From positions 1 through 64,000 of IMG/VR virus record IMGVR_UViG_3300028591_000171: a stretch of DNA of 64,000 nucleotides. One strand, given 5' to 3'. The notes below the pieces were generated by a model that was not told where the DNA came from, searched no databases, and saw nothing but the letters and a program-made list of their open reading frames with translations. Origin of the DNA: a virus (lineage: Duplodnaviria; Caudoviricetes). Shown piece by piece: positions 20,144 through 31,100 of the stretch; positions within the stretch are counted from its first letter, which is position 1; every line of letters begins with the position of its first letter. Position numbers and translations under genes: made by a program.

Positions 20144-21676
20144 ATGCCAGGACGTTTAGTCAATTCACAGATGACTGGTGTCACCGCGTGGAGAGGAACT
20201 GTCACAAAGGACAACCACCTTTACAGCATGTTCCGCACTAACCCGCAGATGGCCAGTGATGTCATGACTGTCCTCATGAGCAGCATGCGTCTCCCCACCC
20301 TCGACAGCTACCTCTCCAAGGAGGTTCCCGTTCGCGAGTATGAGGACGACAGCGAGCTATTCTGGGACATCGTTACCTCCTCCAGGAGGAATATCCCCCT
20401 CGTAGAGGCGCGCCGTTGCGACGGCACCCCCATCGAGGCCGCTAACGAGGACAATGTCGGTGTCGGTTTCGAGCCGTTCTACCTTGTCTTCCCCACTGAT
20501 TGGTTCGCTCTCGGAGAGGTCCTCTGGGGCAACATGAACGAGGCCTATCCTGTTATCGTCAAGGAGGCTGGTCATGCCGAGGGAACCAACACCGTTTATC
20601 TTGTAGAGCCTTTCGGCGCGCATCTCGCCAACGGTATCCCCGCCGAGCGCCTTCTCCCCGGTGAGAAGTTCTCTTGGGGTTACGCTCCTATCGAGGACAA
20701 CTTCTCCCGCAAGGTCGGTGACGTGCGTTTCAGCACTCCCGTCTCAATGCGCCAGGATTGGCAGAGGGTTCGTCTCCAGCACAAGATCGGTGGTCGCGAG
20801 CTTGGCAAGCGCCTCGCCTGTCATATCCCCGTCTCAAAGGAGGTCAACGGCAAGATGGTCCACACGACTGTCGACCGCTGGATCTACAACGTGACATGGA
20901 AGATCGAGGAGACATGGGCCGATTATAAGAACAACGCCCTTGACCGTGGTGTCAGCACCCGTTTCGAGAACGGCGAGTATTCCAACTTCGGTCTCTCCGG
21001 TCTCGCCAACCGCCAGGGCTCCGGTTTCCGCCAGCAGATGGAGTCCGGTAACCAGATGTACTACACCAAGTTCACCATGGGTCTTGTCGAGGACGCCCTC
21101 TACGGGATCAGCGCAGGCAAGGTCGATTACGGTCAGCGCAAGTTCGTCATGAGGACTGGTGAGCGCGGAGCCATCCTGTTCAGCAGGGAGGCCAAGAAGG
21201 AGATGAGCGGATGGATTCCCATCTATAGCGTCAACTCCCCGTCCTACATCACAAAGGGACCCGAGACCAACTTCACCAACGGCAACGCCGCCACCATCGC
21301 CGACCTTCAGGTCACCAAGTGGCTGGGAGCCAACGGTCTCGAGCTCACCATCATGATCGATCCTTCCAAGGATGATATCCAGACCAACAAGGTCATGCAC
21401 CCTCTGGGCGGAACCGCCGAGTCCTACAGGTTCGACATCTTCTATGCCGCCAACGAGGAGCAGCCCAATGTCCAGAAGTGTGTCGTCAAGGGTCAGCCCG
21501 AGCTTCGCGGCTACCAGTGGGGACCTTTCAGCAACCCGTTCACCGGGGAGTTCAACAACAGCTCCGCCTCCTTCGACGAGGATGCCGCCGTCGTCCACTA
21601 CAAGGCGACTCTCGGTCTGGTGATCTACGATCCTACCCGCTGTATCTCCCTTATCCCGGCGATCCTCCAGGCGTAG
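20144..21676 (+). CDS. Major capsid protein (crAss-like)
   Basis: 510 aa, strongest codon bias in the window. N-terminus (QMTGVTAWRG...DNHL) resembles crAss-like MCPs; position fits. Confidence 0.88.
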   Translation: MPGRLVNSQMTGVTAWRGTVTKDNHLYSMFRTNPQMASDVMTVLMSSMRLPTLDSYLSKEVPVREYEDDSELFWDIVTSSRRNIPLVEARRCDGTPIEAANEDNVGVGFEPFYLVFPTDWFALGEVLWGNMNEAYPVIVKEAGHAEGTNTVYLVEPFGAHLANGIPAERLLPGEKFSWGYAPIEDNFSRKVGDVRFSTPVSMRQDWQRVRLQHKIGGRELGKRLACHIPVSKEVNGKMVHTTVDRWIYNVTWKIEETWADYKNNALDRGVSTRFENGEYSNFGLSGLANRQGSGFRQQMESGNQMYYTKFTMGLVEDALYGISAGKVDYGQRKFVMRTGERGAILFSREAKKEMSGWIPIYSVNSPSYITKGPETNFTNGNAATIADLQVTKWLGANGLELTIMIDPSKDDIQTNKVMHPLGGTAESYRFDIFYAANEEQPNVQKCVVKGQPELRGYQWGPFSNPFTGEFNNSSASFDEDAAVVHYKATLGLVIYDPTRCISLIPAILQA

Positions 21677-21712
21677 GTTAATATAGGCTAAATAATAAAG
21701 GAGAAGATAATT

Positions 21713-22627
21713 ATGGAAGCGCAAACCGTTAAGACAAAGAAGAAAGAGGCTGAAGTGGCTGATGTCAGGGTAAATCCCCTTCGCAATGAGAAGGTGTATG
21801 TGAGGTTCGTCCCGAAGAACAACGGGCTGAGCAACGATCATGTCGCGTCAGGCGGCAAGGTCGACGGCGCCACGACAACGTTGTGCGTGCCTATACTCAG
21901 GTCGACAGGCAACTACAAGAATATCCTCACCAATGATGAGAAGGATTATCTTGAGGAGGTTCTCGGGATGGATTTCAACGCCTTGTCTGTATACAAGAAG
22001 GAGGACAACTACTGGGACAACTACCGCGTCACAATCAACACCAAGGAGGGGCTGACACTCGATCTCTCTAATCCGGAGGATTATATCAGGTACAAGGTTC
22101 TCGTGGCCAACAGCGACATCGTCGCCCCGTCGGTTCAGGAGAGGCTTGACAGGCCAAAGGCCACATACCAGTTCGAGATAGTCCGCAAGGAGGACGAGAC
22201 AAGGGTTGAGAACGCCAGGATGGACGCCACGATGCAGAGCTACAAGGAGTTCGGCAAGATAGACAGCGACCTGGACACCATGCGTGTGCTTGTCGAGATT
22301 CTTGACGCGAGGCCTTACTCGCCTAACGAGAAGGCTGATTTCCTCCGCTCGCGCATCAACGTGCTCATCCAGTCCGACGCGAAGAAGTTCCTGTCAGCCA
22401 TAACAGACCCTCTTCTTCATACCAAGGTCATTATCAGGAGGGCTGTCGAGCTCGGTGTCATCACCAAGAGGGGTGATTACTATTACACCAAGGACAACTC
22501 GCCGCTGTGCGAGTCAGGTGAGGACCCGACATTGTCGATAGCCGCCAAGTACCTCAACATCCCGTCCCATCAGGATCTCAAGTTCATCCTTGAGAGCGAG
22601 GTCGGCAAAAACAAGGGCAAGAAATGA
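21713..22627 (+). CDS. Conserved crAss-like protein following MCP
   Basis: 304 aa; NPLRNEKVYVRFVP pattern and synteny. Confidence 0.7.
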   Translation: MEAQTVKTKKKEAEVADVRVNPLRNEKVYVRFVPKNNGLSNDHVASGGKVDGATTTLCVPILRSTGNYKNILTNDEKDYLEEVLGMDFNALSVYKKEDNYWDNYRVTINTKEGLTLDLSNPEDYIRYKVLVANSDIVAPSVQERLDRPKATYQFEIVRKEDETRVENARMDATMQSYKEFGKIDSDLDTMRVLVEILDARPYSPNEKADFLRSRINVLIQSDAKKFLSAITDPLLHTKVIIRRAVELGVITKRGDYYYTKDNSPLCESGEDPTLSIAAKYLNIPSHQDLKFILESEVGKNKGKK

Positions 22628-23322
22628 AAACGTGTGACGAGTGGTCGAGAGAGTTCGACATCCTTTACAGCAACATAACCAGCAACCAGGCCCCAGGCTT
22701 GACTGAGTACGAGAAGAGCAAGTTCCTCACCCGCGCCCAGGAGGCTGTCGTCGTGATGCTGTACAACGGCACTCTCAGGAACTCCTTCGAGGAGACCGAG
22801 GAGGTCACTGTCTATCTCGATCCGCTTGTCGCCCAGAAGACATGCCCTGTCGCAACCGGTCTGACGCTGCCGAAGGTGTCAAGCTCGTCAAAGGTCTACA
22901 AGCTTCCCGATGACCTGTTCTTCAGGACGCTGGAGATCTGCAAGCTCAACGACCCGGAATGCGGTCTTGTGGACGCGATAGTCGTTCCTGTCACGCAGGA
23001 TGAGTACTGGAGGACGAGCAGGAACCCTTTCAAGGGCGCGAACAGGCGTCGCGTGTTGAGGTTGTCTTACGGTGAGTCGAAGGAGCAGGCTGGTGTCTAT
23101 TCCGACACCGGCTACTCCGAGCTCATCAGCGAGATACCTGTCGCAAGTTACACTGTCCGTTACATAAAGAGGCCTGACCCGATAATCCTCGAGGATCTGT
23201 CGGCTGACGGGTTCTCCATCAACGGGAAGACAGCCGCGATGACCTGCAAGCTCCACGAGGGGTTGCACCAGATGATACTGACCGAGGCGGTAAAAGCCGC
23301 CAAGACGGTTTGGGCGTCTTAG
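22624..23322 (+). CDS. Tail ring protein
   Basis: EFDILYSNITSNQAPGLTEYEKSKFLTRAQE N-terminus typical of crAss-like ring proteins. Confidence 0.7.
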   Translation: MKTCDEWSREFDILYSNITSNQAPGLTEYEKSKFLTRAQEAVVVMLYNGTLRNSFEETEEVTVYLDPLVAQKTCPVATGLTLPKVSSSSKVYKLPDDLFFRTLEICKLNDPECGLVDAIVVPVTQDEYWRTSRNPFKGANRRRVLRLSYGESKEQAGVYSDTGYSELISEIPVASYTVRYIKRPDPIILEDLSADGFSINGKTAAMTCKLHEGLHQMILTEAVKAAKTVWAS

Positions 23323-23351
23323 TTACCGAAACAATCAAAAACATTTAGTAT

Positions 23352-24338
23352 ATGGCTAATTTCAATACCTACCAGACCAGGAACCTCTACGTCGTCAAGG
23401 CCCTTCAGGATTCCGTTGACGATCTCGCCGCCGCCGGTGACATCTGCTTCGGCTCCACCGCCACCGGAGAGGCTTTCCTCACCTACAAGAACGCTGACGG
23501 TATCGTCACCCGTTCCGACCTTATCTATCCGCAGAACATCAAGAGCCTGAAGAAGACCGCCGCCGCCGATATGGACATCAAGCTCCAGCAGCACACTGTC
23601 GCCGTCGACACCAACGAGGTCACTCTCTCGAATCTTGTGGGCAAGACCCTCACCTGCGTCATCACCATCAGCGAGGTCATCAGCTACGATCCTAGTGACT
23701 CCATCACCGTGACCGCCGCTGTCGTCGGCAACTCAACCAACACCGCGAGCGCAGCCGCCTTCCATAAGGATCTCGCCATCGCCATCGCTAAGGCTCTCCC
23801 GAAGAGGGACTTCCCCTTCCTGAAGGTCTTCAGCAACGGCTCTGAGGTGACCGCAAACACCGACCCTTCAGATGTGACAGGAGCAGCCGGTGGCGTCGTC
23901 CTCGTGCAGGCTCCTCAGAAGTGGGTCCGCGGAAAGCTCAGCAACGAGCCTTTCGACTTCTCTGTCGCTTTCCATCTCCACGGCTCCAATATCGAGGACA
24001 CCGCTTGGGGTACCGACACCGTTGCTGAGAGCTCCATCTCCGGCAACACCGTGATCGCCTCCGCATACGCCCTCGCTGATCTTGAGTACTTCACCATGGG
24101 TGAGCGTGGCGATTTCTATCGCGGAAGCAACTGGCCCAACAACTATGAGCCCACCTACATGATCAATCCTTTCGACACCAGCACCACCTATGACGTCCTC
24201 TCTATCGAGTACGCGTGGCAGGGCGGCGCGGAGAATATCCAGAAGTCTCCGAGGATGATCCAGGTAGCCGGTCCCACAGCTGTTGTCGCTGAGCTCTTCG
24301 ATGATATCGAGGCTCTGCAGGCTGGAGCCAGTTCCTAA
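23352..24338 (+). CDS. Auxiliary capsid protein
   Basis: MANFNTYQTRNLYV start resembles the crAss001 auxiliary capsid protein; strong codon bias; followed by a terminator. Confidence 0.7.
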   Translation: MANFNTYQTRNLYVVKALQDSVDDLAAAGDICFGSTATGEAFLTYKNADGIVTRSDLIYPQNIKSLKKTAAADMDIKLQQHTVAVDTNEVTLSNLVGKTLTCVITISEVISYDPSDSITVTAAVVGNSTNTASAAAFHKDLAIAIAKALPKRDFPFLKVFSNGSEVTANTDPSDVTGAAGGVVLVQAPQKWVRGKLSNEPFDFSVAFHLHGSNIEDTAWGTDTVAESSISGNTVIASAYALADLEYFTMGERGDFYRGSNWPNNYEPTYMINPFDTSTTYDVLSIEYAWQGGAENIQKSPRMIQVAGPTAVVAELFDDIEALQAGASS

Positions 24339-24371
24339 TGGATCTTGTTTGGCTGAATATACATAATATTG

Positions 24372-24406
24372 GCGGGGTGGACTGATTTGTGCCATCCCGC
24401 TTTTTT
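24372..24406 (+). terminator. Intrinsic terminator
   Basis: GCGGGGTGG...CCATCCCGC followed by a T run. Confidence 0.7.
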
Positions 24407-24409
24407 ATT

Positions 24410-25159
24410 ATGGAAAAGATACTTATTGTCATACCTTACCTCAAAAATGAGGCCCAGGGTGATGAGCTCACGTTGGCTGTCACCGGCTGGAGAAAGTTCT
24501 TCAAGGAGAATTATCTTATTGTGATAGTCGGCGACTGGCATCCGGTGGTTGAGTCAGGTGATGACATAATGTTTATAGAGTGTCCAAGGGTGAAATTCCC
24601 GGGCAAGGGTAACTACTGGGCGCATATAGACCATGTGAACAAGTTCCTCAAGGTAAGGGATGCTTTCCCTGACAGCGAGGGGTTCATCTACGCTTGTGAC
24701 GACATGTACGCCACGAGGGAGTTCGACATTAGCGATGTGAAGGCGCCGAAGGTGAGGGTAAGGGATATTATCGGGTCATTCCATAGTCCTAACGCGTGGG
24801 TTAGGGACAACTATAAGACAAGGAGGAAGCTTGTGAAGAACGGTCTCCCGTCTATGAACTGGGTATGCCACCTCCCTGTCTGGTATGAGTGGGACAAGCT
24901 TCTTCAGATATATGAGAAGTATAAATGCCATAAGACAAGCTATGTCGTTGAGCAGCTTTATTTTAACACATTTCACGCTAATGATGATTATGTCGTCATA
25001 GAGTCTGAGCCTAACGATTACCAGTATAAGCTGTGGGCAAAGGGTGATAAGATTGATGATTTCGTGGCGGCGCTTGGCGAGAAGATATGGGTCTCGAACT
25101 CATGCAAGGGCTGGAGACCGGAGATGGAGGATGCCTTGAGGCGCTATTACGGCATTTAA
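24410..25159 (+). CDS. Stealth-like sugar-phosphotransferase / GT-A-type protein
   Basis: DEL.LAV.GW.K...IVIVGD.HP and SEGFIYACDDMY resemble Stealth conserved regions (ELRYSLRS; FIY.NDD). Confidence 0.5.
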   Translation: MEKILIVIPYLKNEAQGDELTLAVTGWRKFFKENYLIVIVGDWHPVVESGDDIMFIECPRVKFPGKGNYWAHIDHVNKFLKVRDAFPDSEGFIYACDDMYATREFDISDVKAPKVRVRDIIGSFHSPNAWVRDNYKTRRKLVKNGLPSMNWVCHLPVWYEWDKLLQIYEKYKCHKTSYVVEQLYFNTFHANDDYVVIESEPNDYQYKLWAKGDKIDDFVAALGEKIWVSNSCKGWRPEMEDALRRYYGI

Positions 25160-25184
25160 AGTAACACGCTTACACTTTATAATT

Positions 25185-25230
25185 AAAGGAGTTTGGGTTA
25201 AAATCCGGACTCCTTTATTGTTTATTTTTG
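25185..25230 (+). promoter_or_regulatory. Hairpin followed by a Bacteroidetes -7 element
   Basis: AAAGGAGT...ACTCCTTT stem, then TATTTTTG (TAnnTTTG) at 25223-25230 ahead of the tail genes. Confidence 0.5.
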
Positions 25231-25246
25231 GACAAACTATCAGGCT

Positions 25247-25870
25247 ATGGTCATTTTTAATGAGCTAAGGATAACGGAGGACAAGACATGCCTAATCATC
25301 GACTGTTCCGTCAGGGACCTCGAGGGATACGCCGGCATGTACATTGACTCTATAGATATCGATTACTACAAGAACGTCGAGACATACGGCATACCTTCCA
25401 CTAAGGCTATGCGACTGTACGAGAAGGGTGATGACGAGACCGGGAAGAGTGGTGTGCGAGTGGAGCTCAAGGCGGTTGACCTTGACAAGGACCTCATCGG
25501 GACTGACACGTTGGACGCCGGTCTTTTCTTTGTCACCGTCACGTGCGACGGGACACCTGAGAACCCCGAGATACTCGAGAGCTACTCATGCGGCGCGGAC
25601 AGCACGGTTGATATCGGTGTCGTCCTTGACTGGCAGGCTGTCTACAGGCTCGGCATCGGATACGCCGCGAGACTCGCCGACGGTTGCGAGCCGTCATGCG
25701 ACGTGCCTTCAGGGTTCGAGGGGTTCGTTCTTCTGTGGCACGCGTTGAGGCTGGCGATAAACGTCTGCGACTGGCCCACTGTCTCGAGGCTTTGGGACAG
25801 GTTCCTGAGATCATTCAATGGTATGGGCCCTGTCGGCGGAGTCGTGGCTGGTTGCGGATGTAACAGGTAA
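25247..25870 (+). CDS. Tail hub protein A-like
   Basis: MVIFNELRITED..LIID.SV N-terminus and Cys-rich C-terminus (GCGC); synteny with crAss001. Confidence 0.65.
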   Translation: MVIFNELRITEDKTCLIIDCSVRDLEGYAGMYIDSIDIDYYKNVETYGIPSTKAMRLYEKGDDETGKSGVRVELKAVDLDKDLIGTDTLDAGLFFVTVTCDGTPENPEILESYSCGADSTVDIGVVLDWQAVYRLGIGYAARLADGCEPSCDVPSGFEGFVLLWHALRLAINVCDWPTVSRLWDRFLRSFNGMGPVGGVVAGCGCNR

Positions 25871-25874
25871 GGCG

Positions 25875-26243
25875 ATGATGAACACAATTGACAGCAAGGT
25901 CGCGCTGAAGGTCCTCGGGAGTTATTTCGACACTCTCGGTCTTACCGGCTATGTCGGAGAGAGGCAGGTGATGAGGCTTCTCCTCTATCTCTTTCTCGTT
26001 GATTTCGTCGAGCACACATACCAGTTCTTCACAGAGGAGGACCACGCGCTGATATCGATGCTTCTGAGGAAGCTGTACATGAACGGCGGATGCCTGCTGC
26101 CTTATCCCGTGATGTGCTCCAACAGGGCCACGCTCGGCACCAATGACTATATGGGCGAGTTCAGTCTCAGGGTCACTGAGGGCAAGGAGGAGATTGACCG
26201 CATAAAGAGGATAACCGAGGACGACATATTAAGGAGGTTCTAA
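25875..26243 (+). CDS. Tail hub protein B-like
   Basis: YF.TL...GY motif and synteny; ATG at 25875 preferred. Confidence 0.6.
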   Translation: MMNTIDSKVALKVLGSYFDTLGLTGYVGERQVMRLLLYLFLVDFVEHTYQFFTEEDHALISMLLRKLYMNGGCLLPYPVMCSNRATLGTNDYMGEFSLRVTEGKEEIDRIKRITEDDILRRF

Positions 26244-26244
26244 C

Positions 26245-26979
26245 ATGGCGACATTCGGTCAGATAATATACAGCGTCCTCGATATTCTGAAGGAGCGTGT
26301 TGATGACGCGTACTACACCGAGGAGCACATCATCTTTCTAGCGGGGAAGATGAGGGCTCTTCTTCTTGAGCGTAAGTACAGGAACACGAGGAACTCCACT
26401 TTTGTGGAGATGTCCGACCAGAACAGGCAGGAGATATGCGTCTCGCTTGAGGGCGCCGACATGCTCCCGGAGGGATGCGAGGGAGGCTGGCTCAAGTCGA
26501 CAAAGAAGATACCTGACACTCTCACCGGGACTATGCCGAGGCTTCTCGCGCCCAGTGACATGATACACTCGATGGTGACTTATATCCCGGCTGAGAGGAT
26601 GCCTTATGTCGGGCACAACAAATGGCTGAGGAATATTATCTACGCCGCCAAAAGCGCTGACGGATACCTCTACCTGCACAGTGTCAACCCGAGGTTCCTC
26701 TTTCTTGAGGGGCTGAAGATGGACGCCGTGTTCGCTGACCCGGAGGAGGCCGCGGGAATGGTGTGTGATCCGGACGGAAAAGCGTGTGACATCATCAAGC
26801 AGGAGTTTCCTCTCGAGGACGCCCTTGTGGCATCATGCGTTGAGATGGTTGTGCAGGAGCTTGTAGGATCGAGGTACGCGCCGGAGGACAAGGACAACGA
26901 CGCCAAGGATGGCCTGGGTGACGCCGCCGTGACCACAGCCAAGCCGCAGAGACCGGCGGAGACAGTAAGCAGGGAATAG
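26245..26979 (+). CDS. Tail ring protein
   Basis: IIYSVLD.LK...DDAYYTEEHIIFL N-terminus typical of a crAss-like ring protein. Confidence 0.7.
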   Translation: MATFGQIIYSVLDILKERVDDAYYTEEHIIFLAGKMRALLLERKYRNTRNSTFVEMSDQNRQEICVSLEGADMLPEGCEGGWLKSTKKIPDTLTGTMPRLLAPSDMIHSMVTYIPAERMPYVGHNKWLRNIIYAAKSADGYLYLHSVNPRFLFLEGLKMDAVFADPEEAAGMVCDPDGKACDIIKQEFPLEDALVASCVEMVVQELVGSRYAPEDKDNDAKDGLGDAAVTTAKPQRPAETVSRE

Positions 26980-26982
26980 GCC

Positions 26983-27444
26983 ATGCCGCTCGCGTTCAAC
27001 AGACAGGCGAGGTATCCTGATTTCTCCGAGGCTTACGGCAGGTATGTCTCCGGGGCGAGGACGAGGGGATGTGTGGACGAGGCCACGTACAGGAGGATAT
27101 TGAGGGCGTACTGCTCGATATTGGCTGACAGGCTTGTCGATGAGGGTATGGTTGACCTGCCTTGCGACATGGGCATGATAGCCGTGGCGGAGATAAAAAG
27201 GAAAGCGAGGTATGTCAACGGGAAGTTCGCCGGATACGGAATGGTTGATTGGAGACGAGGAGGAGCTCGTGATGGTTCTCCAACTGCTCTGGGAGTGGTC
27301 TTTATACCAACAAGAAGGAAAACCGCCAACCTGAGAAGTTACGGGTTCGTCGCCAACAGGAGATTGTACCACAGGATAAAGTATGCCGTCGATTCCGGCA
27401 TGGTTGATTGGATGCCGATGGAGTTTAACGATGATATGATTTGA
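26983..27444 (+). CDS. IHF/HU-like protein
   Basis: LVDEGMVDLPCDMGMIAV resembles the HU/IHF G..V.l...G.f motif; basic; same position as the IHF-like gene of crAss-like tail modules. Confidence 0.5.
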   Translation: MPLAFNRQARYPDFSEAYGRYVSGARTRGCVDEATYRRILRAYCSILADRLVDEGMVDLPCDMGMIAVAEIKRKARYVNGKFAGYGMVDWRRGGARDGSPTALGVVFIPTRRKTANLRSYGFVANRRLYHRIKYAVDSGMVDWMPMEFNDDMI

Positions 27445-27445
27445 T

Positions 27446-28180
27446 ATGATACAGACCACTAACATAAGGAGGATTCTCGACAGGGTGATGAGGCACCCGA
27501 TGATGCGTGACATCCCGTTTGAGACAGCCGTGGAGTACACGGTTGATTTCATATCGCTCATGGGCACCCCAGCAATCTATGACGAGAAGACGGCTGTCGT
27601 CAAGGTCCATAACTGGAGAGGACAGCTGCCTTGCGATTTCGAGCAGATGATCCAGGTGAGGATGGCTGGCGGGCAGCATTCCAAGCGTTGGCTCAACTGC
27701 TGTAGGAGGACCGGGTTTGTCGGTCCAGTGTACAGGGAGTCTGGGCACTCATTCCACATGTCTGACATCAAGCCCGAGTCTCTCAACACAGGTGAGCTCA
27801 CCTACAAGATACAGGGGATGGTGATCTTCACGTCCACTAAGGATATCGATGTCGAGATAGCTTACAGGGCTTTCAGGGTTGATGACGAGGGTTATCCTGT
27901 CCTTCCTGACAACCCGAGTTTTCTCAGGGGACTGGAGAATTACATCAAGCTCCAGTGGTTCACCATCCTCTTCGACATGGGGAAGATATCAGCGCAGGTT
28001 CTCTCCAACACGCAGCAGGAGTACGCGTGGGCGGCTGGTGACGCGCAGAGCGAGTTCTCGAGACTCTCTCTCGACAAGGCCGAGACGTTGTTCAACTCGT
28101 TCAAGACACTCCTGCCGAGAAACCATGAGCACTGGAAGGCGTTCTTCACCAACGGGTCAAAGGAATTCTGGAGGCATTAG
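27446..28180 (+). CDS. Tail ring protein 1 (portal-proximal)
   Basis: NIRRILDRVMRHPMM.D..FETAVEYT.DFI N-terminus; directly before the muzzle gene. Confidence 0.7.
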   Translation: MIQTTNIRRILDRVMRHPMMRDIPFETAVEYTVDFISLMGTPAIYDEKTAVVKVHNWRGQLPCDFEQMIQVRMAGGQHSKRWLNCCRRTGFVGPVYRESGHSFHMSDIKPESLNTGELTYKIQGMVIFTSTKDIDVEIAYRAFRVDDEGYPVLPDNPSFLRGLENYIKLQWFTILFDMGKISAQVLSNTQQEYAWAAGDAQSEFSRLSLDKAETLFNSFKTLLPRNHEHWKAFFTNGSKEFWRH

Positions 28181-28183
28181 TAT

Positions 28184-31100
28184 ATGAGGCAGAAAGCGGT
28201 CACACTTGTCAACAGGGGAATGAGCCGGGATATGTCGGTCTCGAAGATCGACGGGTCGTCGGTGTATGAGAACCGTAACATCCGTATCACCGTCAGGGAT
28301 AACGACACGATGCTCTCAGTCACCAACGAGAGGGGCAACAAGGAGTACAGCCTCAACGAGTCGATACATGGTGAGCTTCTCGGATGGAATGTCCTCAACA
28401 ATCATGTCATCCTCTTCACGCACGAGGGTGATTCGACTGACAGGATATACAGGATAGATTATGAGAACGGTGGATTCACTAATCATTTACTTTATCCTAC
28501 AAATAATGAGCAGGGTAGTCTCGGGTTCGATATGGATCATCCGATTGAGTCTATCGTTTATCACGAGACCGAGGCCATCCAGAAGATATACTGGGTTGAC
28601 GGCATACATCCTCTTCGGTTCATGAATTTCATGGCCACATCGGATGAGATGTCTGGTTGGCAGAATGACTCGTTTGACTCAAACATATCATCAGACTATT
28701 CTGTAGAGGTTGATATAACAAAGGATTATTCAGGCAATAACAGACCGAATGGTGTAATCCAGTATCTTATGACATACTATAACAAGCATGGTCAGGAAAC
28801 TGGATATGTGTGGATGTCAGACCTTGTTTATTTGTCACCTAAGGATAATGGAGGCTCCGCTGACGGGACCAACACATGTAAGGTCACGTTCAGGATAAAG
28901 TTTGACGAGAATAACAGGTTCACAAATTTTAGGATTTATTCCGTTTTCAGGAGCTCACTTAATATAGCGCAGGCGTCTTATATAGTCGCGGACGGCGAGA
29001 TAGTTGATGATTATATTACCGTCGTGGATGACGGATATCATGTTGAGGCTCAGGATATAAGCAGGTTGCTTTATCTCGGTAGCCAGAACGTGAATCCAAC
29101 AACCATAACACATAAGGATCAGACGATGTTCCTTGGTGGCCTTGAGACCACTGGGCAGAATTATGGTTGGCTGAAAGACCTGATATCGTTGTATCATATA
29201 TATGACGAGGAGACCGGTCTTATCGATGAGATATATCCTGGGACACATTGGGTAGAGTTCATGCTTGATGGCGGGATTCCATATCCGGACAATACAGGCG
29301 ATTATTATTACGAGAGCCAGCTGTTGTACTCGTCGTCCGAGATATTGACATTCAAGGGTGGTGAGAAATACAGGTTCGCAATATCGCTCAAGACAAAGGA
29401 CGGGGCCATGACTCCGGCGTTCTGGATAGGCGATATGGTTAACAATCTGTATCCTGTAATTGACGAGAATAATCATGTCATACAGAGGGTAGTTGCCAGA
29501 TTCGTCATTCCGAAAGACATGTATGACGAGATAGTCAACAGAGGATTCACCGCTGTCCAGCTTATGATGGCAGAGGCGACTTATGCTGACAGGTCTGTCA
29601 AGGCCCAGGGTATAGTCAACCCAACTATGTTCAACGTGTGGGAGAGATATAACGACAGGTTATACTCTATGTCGTCATGGTTTTCAAGGCCAAGAGGAGA
29701 GGGTGTGGCCAGTGGTCATTTCAGCCCTGTGAACAACTCTATATCATCAACCGGCGAGATACAGTGTAATTATTGGGACACGGAGAAAGTGCCAACCCCG
29801 TTCTATGAGGTTGTCGGCGGTCATATAGTTGACGAGCTTGACGGCGTTTCTGATTATGATTTTCTGAAGATAATTTACAGTTATAAGCACGCCAAGAGCC
29901 ATAGGGGTTCCAACAACGATGAGTTTTACATCACTATGTTCATTATAAAGGCGTCTGGTACGGAGCCTTCCGACTCGTTCACATCGGCGGACCAGACCAC
30001 TATGCTCGGCGCGTGGGATTGGACAAACCTCAGCGTCGCCGGAGCTGTAGGTATAAGGACAAGTGAGGCGAAGGGTAATTACAAGCAGGCGTATGCATGG
30101 ATAGACAACACCCTTAACAATCTCGGTATAACGGACATCAATATGCGCCCGCTTGATTCCGAGATCAACAACTGGTATAACGCCGTAAGTGACAAGTCTT
30201 ATCATTATCAGGCGCAGGGGAGTTCGCTGCAGAACGTGACATTATTGCTTGACGCGCTCAATGATGCCGTATGGAACAGCTCAAATGGAGACCCTATAGC
30301 CTCCGCGAATAATTACACGCTGTCGCTGTATAAGAGGCATCTGATGTTTGTCGATGAGAATGTGGTCACGCTTGATTCGCCAGAACTCTCTTATGAGGCG
30401 GTAAGCATCGACATACCGGATAACGACGCTTATTACAAATTCAGGATAGTTGGTGTCGCGAAGATAACAGGTGGATACAGCGATTATACAGTGGAGGCAA
30501 CTCACGCGCACCTGTCAGGAGAGAATCTTATCAAGACCCCGTTCTCATCGAGCGGTGAAAAACGCGACAGGGGATGTCTTGTTACATGGCCTTTATGGAA
30601 AGAGAATGGGTTGGTTAAAGATAATACAGGTAATCCGCCTCCGCCTGATAAGGATGTGGAGGACAGGACTCCTGATTATTATGTGTACACGTCCAACATA
30701 AACAAGTATTGGTTGTACCCGTGGAATCATTCGGGCAAGATAGACGCTTTCACAAAGAAGGATATCGGCGATTTCTCGACGTTGAAATCCAAGACATTCG
30801 CCACATTGAGATTCTCTGGATACACGAGGTACAATTCCAATCAGTATTTTGAGGATTATATCCCTCAATCAATAAGGATGTTCAACTCGACAGGAAGCCA
30901 GTATACCGGTATAAATGTCAGTGATGACAAGAAGTATTATGACGGCTCTCCAAATATGTCGTTATCGCTGGCTGGAAAACACAAATATCCGGTATTGTTC
31001 TCAACAGGCTCTGTGGAGTCCGATGATATATTGACGGCGAATCCTCAGACAGATGCGCATTTGTTTATAAACGACCCTGTGCAGATAACGTTCATGAGCA

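Noticed and set aside
20834-21841. 335-aa - strand ORF opposite the MCP gene
   Set aside because: Shadow ORF caused by C-ending codon bias of the MCP gene.
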